Source: Candidatus Omnitrophota bacterium
GTDB lineage: Bacteria > Omnitrophota > Gorgyraeia > Zapsychrales > Fredricksoniimonadaceae
Assembly (NCBI GenBank): GCA_015233145.1
Contig: JADFYI010000002.1
Coordinates: 44,495-108,494 of the forward strand
Reading direction: 5' to 3'
DNA: 64,000 nt
The position numbers and the translations under genes are program-made. Numbering within the stretch: position 1 is the first letter of the stretch; each line of letters opens with the position of its first letter. The notes beneath the pieces are model-generated. The model was not told the origin of the DNA. It ran no database searches and was given only the letters and a program-made list of their open reading frames with translations. Below are positions 62,669 through 64,000 of the stretch, piece by piece.

Positions 62669-63296
62669 CCATCCTCTCTTCCACGAGATGCATCTGAAGG
62701 TCCATCCATGTCTTAACAATCAGAAAAAGAGACACCAGGGCTGTATTGCCAAAAGACGTTTGAGAATACATTAAAACGCCGACGCCCAGAATAATCGTAA
62801 TATGCATCGGGATGATGCGGACATACGGCTGGTACATAAAAGCGGCGAACCGCATAACATTCTTTTTTCCTTCCCAGCTTTTATGATAAACCCACGAAAA
62901 CAAATGGGTTAAAAAAAAGATACAAACGCCGACAAAAACTTCCCTGCTCTCGGCATGGCGAAACATCTCTTCAAAAATTTGAAAATAACAGAAATGAAAA
63001 AAACCGTAATGCAAAACAAAAAAAGCGGCCCAGCATATCTTAAAAGCAATCCACGACCATCGATTCGGAGGCGATGACAAGGGAGCCCCTGAAAAGACGA
63101 GTATTGAACTTAGAATAGACAAGACCGTAAAAAGACCGATGATAACGCTCTGGCACCAGTAAATAAAAAAGATTGTCCCGGCATTCCAATGCTGCCAGAT
63201 CGCTAATAAAATCGTTAATAGATTGGAGACTAAAAGCCACAATGAAGAGGGGTCTTTGATAATGTGCTTAAAAAAACTCTGACCAGGCGGGTTCAT
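62655..63296 (-). CDS. hypothetical polytopic membrane protein (possibly DUF6498-like)
   Basis: The start is trimmed to ATG 63296, which removes the overlap with the PilZ gene. LLVSNLLTILLAIWQHWNAGTIFFIYWCQSVIIGLF is reminiscent of DUF6498, with low certainty. Its 3' end overlaps the pntB 3' end by 14 nt (convergent). Confidence 0.5.
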   Translation of the reverse strand: MNPPGQSFFKHIIKDPSSLWLLVSNLLTILLAIWQHWNAGTIFFIYWCQSVIIGLFTVLSILSSILVFSGAPLSSPPNRWSWIAFKICWAAFFVLHYGFFHFCYFQIFEEMFRHAESREVFVGVCIFFLTHLFSWVYHKSWEGKKNVMRFAAFMYQPYVRIIPMHITIILGVGVLMYSQTSFGNTALVSLFLIVKTWMDLQMHLVEERMATSL

Positions 63297-63312
63297 GTTT
63301 TTATAAACAAAT

Positions 63313-63693
63313 TTAACGTTTTTTGCTCTTTTTCTTGATATGTGTTTTTGCTGAACGGAGCTTGGGTTTTTCAGTAATATACCTGGCCGCAATATCAAAA
63401 GAATGAGCAGAAATTTCAGAAGACCGAACAACTACGGCGGCCCCATTAAAAATATCGATCATGCCTGACATCACAACCTCAAGTTCAATGACATCGTCTT
63501 TATGATAAGAAACCGGGCTGTTAAAAAGAAGGCCGCTCACGCTCATATTCCTGGTTGTGGAAAGGCTCCACTCGGAAGCAGCCTTTTGGGCCCCACGCTT
63601 GATCAGGCGGTGCTTGACCGCAATAACACGGGCCGCACGGATGCCTTCCCGGCGGTCAATGAAATCCTGCTCGCGCTTTGTCCTCACAGGCAT
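63313..63693 (-). CDS. PilZ domain protein
   Basis: RREGIR (R-x-x-x-R) and NMSVSG ([DN]-x-S-x-x-G). AGGAGG lies 7 nt upstream of the ATG. Basic C-terminal tail. Confidence 0.75.
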   Translation of the reverse strand: MPVRTKREQDFIDRREGIRAARVIAVKHRLIKRGAQKAASEWSLSTTRNMSVSGLLFNSPVSYHKDDVIELEVVMSGMIDIFNGAAVVVRSSEISAHSFDIAARYITEKPKLRSAKTHIKKKSKKR

Positions 63694-63704
63694 ATTTTTT
63701 CCTC

Positions 63705-64000
63705 CTAAAAAGAACCGGTCATTTTCTTAGTGTTAACCATTTTATCAAACTCAGGCTCGCTCACATACCCCAACTGAACCGCAGCAGCCTTGAGTGTGAC
63801 ATTCAGTGTGTAAGCAGTTTTCGCAACCTGGGCGGCCTTATCATAACCGATTTTCGGCGCAAGCGCGGTCACAAGCATCAATGATTGCTCCAGATGCTCT
63901 TCAATACGCGCGGCGTTGGGCTTGATTCCGATAACGCAATTTTTAGTAAAACTGTCCGCGGCATCCGAAAGAAGTTTGATGGACTGAAGGACATTGTAAA
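63705..64000 (-). CDS. fumC: class II fumarate hydratase, C-terminal 98 codons (gene continues beyond the right edge)
   Basis: Hand translation gives ...[77 protein letters not shown]. It aligns closely with the E. coli FumC C-terminus ([40 protein letters not shown]...). Confidence 0.88.
   Translation of the reverse strand, partial: [97 protein letters not shown]

Noticed and set aside
1-64000. Scan for CRISPR arrays, tRNA/rRNA/tmRNA/SRP/RNase P genes, transposases, integrases, reverse transcriptases and toxin-antitoxin pairs
   Set aside because: I found no regularly spaced direct repeats, no tRNA-like cloverleaf signatures (GTTCGAATC-type T-arms), and no recognisable mobile-element enzymes in any ORF. 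This is an eye scan only. tRNAscan-SE, Infernal/Rfam and minced runs would be needed for a definitive negative.

Overview
Gene-dense bacterial chromosomal window with about 70 protein-coding genes, roughly 85% on the minus strand, standard genetic code. I saw no rRNA, tRNA, CRISPR array, integrase or transposase. Hand GC counts give about 43-52% over most of the window. Taxonomy cannot be assigned from sequence alone; it looks like an uncultivated, non-model lineage. Content is mostly housekeeping: fumC (3' end), pntAA-pntAB-pntB, membrane pyrophosphatase hppA, an exbB/exbD-like pair, nhaB, a flavodoxin-like protein, two PilZ proteins, NUDIX, xth, PEBP, xseA-xseB, Rieske and HIT proteins, menA-menC plus a truncated menE-like ORF, a YyaL-type thioredoxin-domain protein, a hotdog thioesterase, Fe/Mn SOD, a 1029-aa orphan secreted protein, ilvB-ilvN, ferredoxin, an ECF sigma with an anti-sigma::VWA fusion, a B12-binding radical SAM enzyme, acnA, leuC-leuD, aroC, an SDR, a cNMP-binding/ParA-like/patatin protein, a short MscS-like channel, a methyltransferase, a glycoside hydrolase, a PAS histidine kinase, ppk2-mgtA, ssb, a nitroreductase, a coiled-coil response regulator and a second radical SAM enzyme. 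Four things stand out. (1) At the AT-rich left edge, a HEPN/Abi_C-like gene encodes a protein ending in the same C-terminal tip (P-x-D-I-[AV]-W-E-E-stop) as this genome's own SSB, and the gene is bracketed by a degenerate duplication of its neighbour's 5' end. (2) There are three small intergenic repeat families. Two are structured: a hairpin element with compensatory stem changes at 19.2 and 34.2 kb, and a terminal-inverted-repeat palindromic element at 28.6 and 55.0 kb. (3) Three small genes are absent from the ORF track: a well-supported 58-aa CxxC-x17-CxxC protein with its own promoter and terminator, a 36-aa Cys-tailed membrane peptide, and a more tentative 53-aa zinc ribbon next to ssb. 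(4) A truncated, motif-degenerate menE-like gene sits inside the menaquinone cluster. All family assignments come from motif recognition by eye, because no database search was possible. Several ORF-track N-termini are TTG/GTG over-extensions and were trimmed to SD-supported ATG starts.
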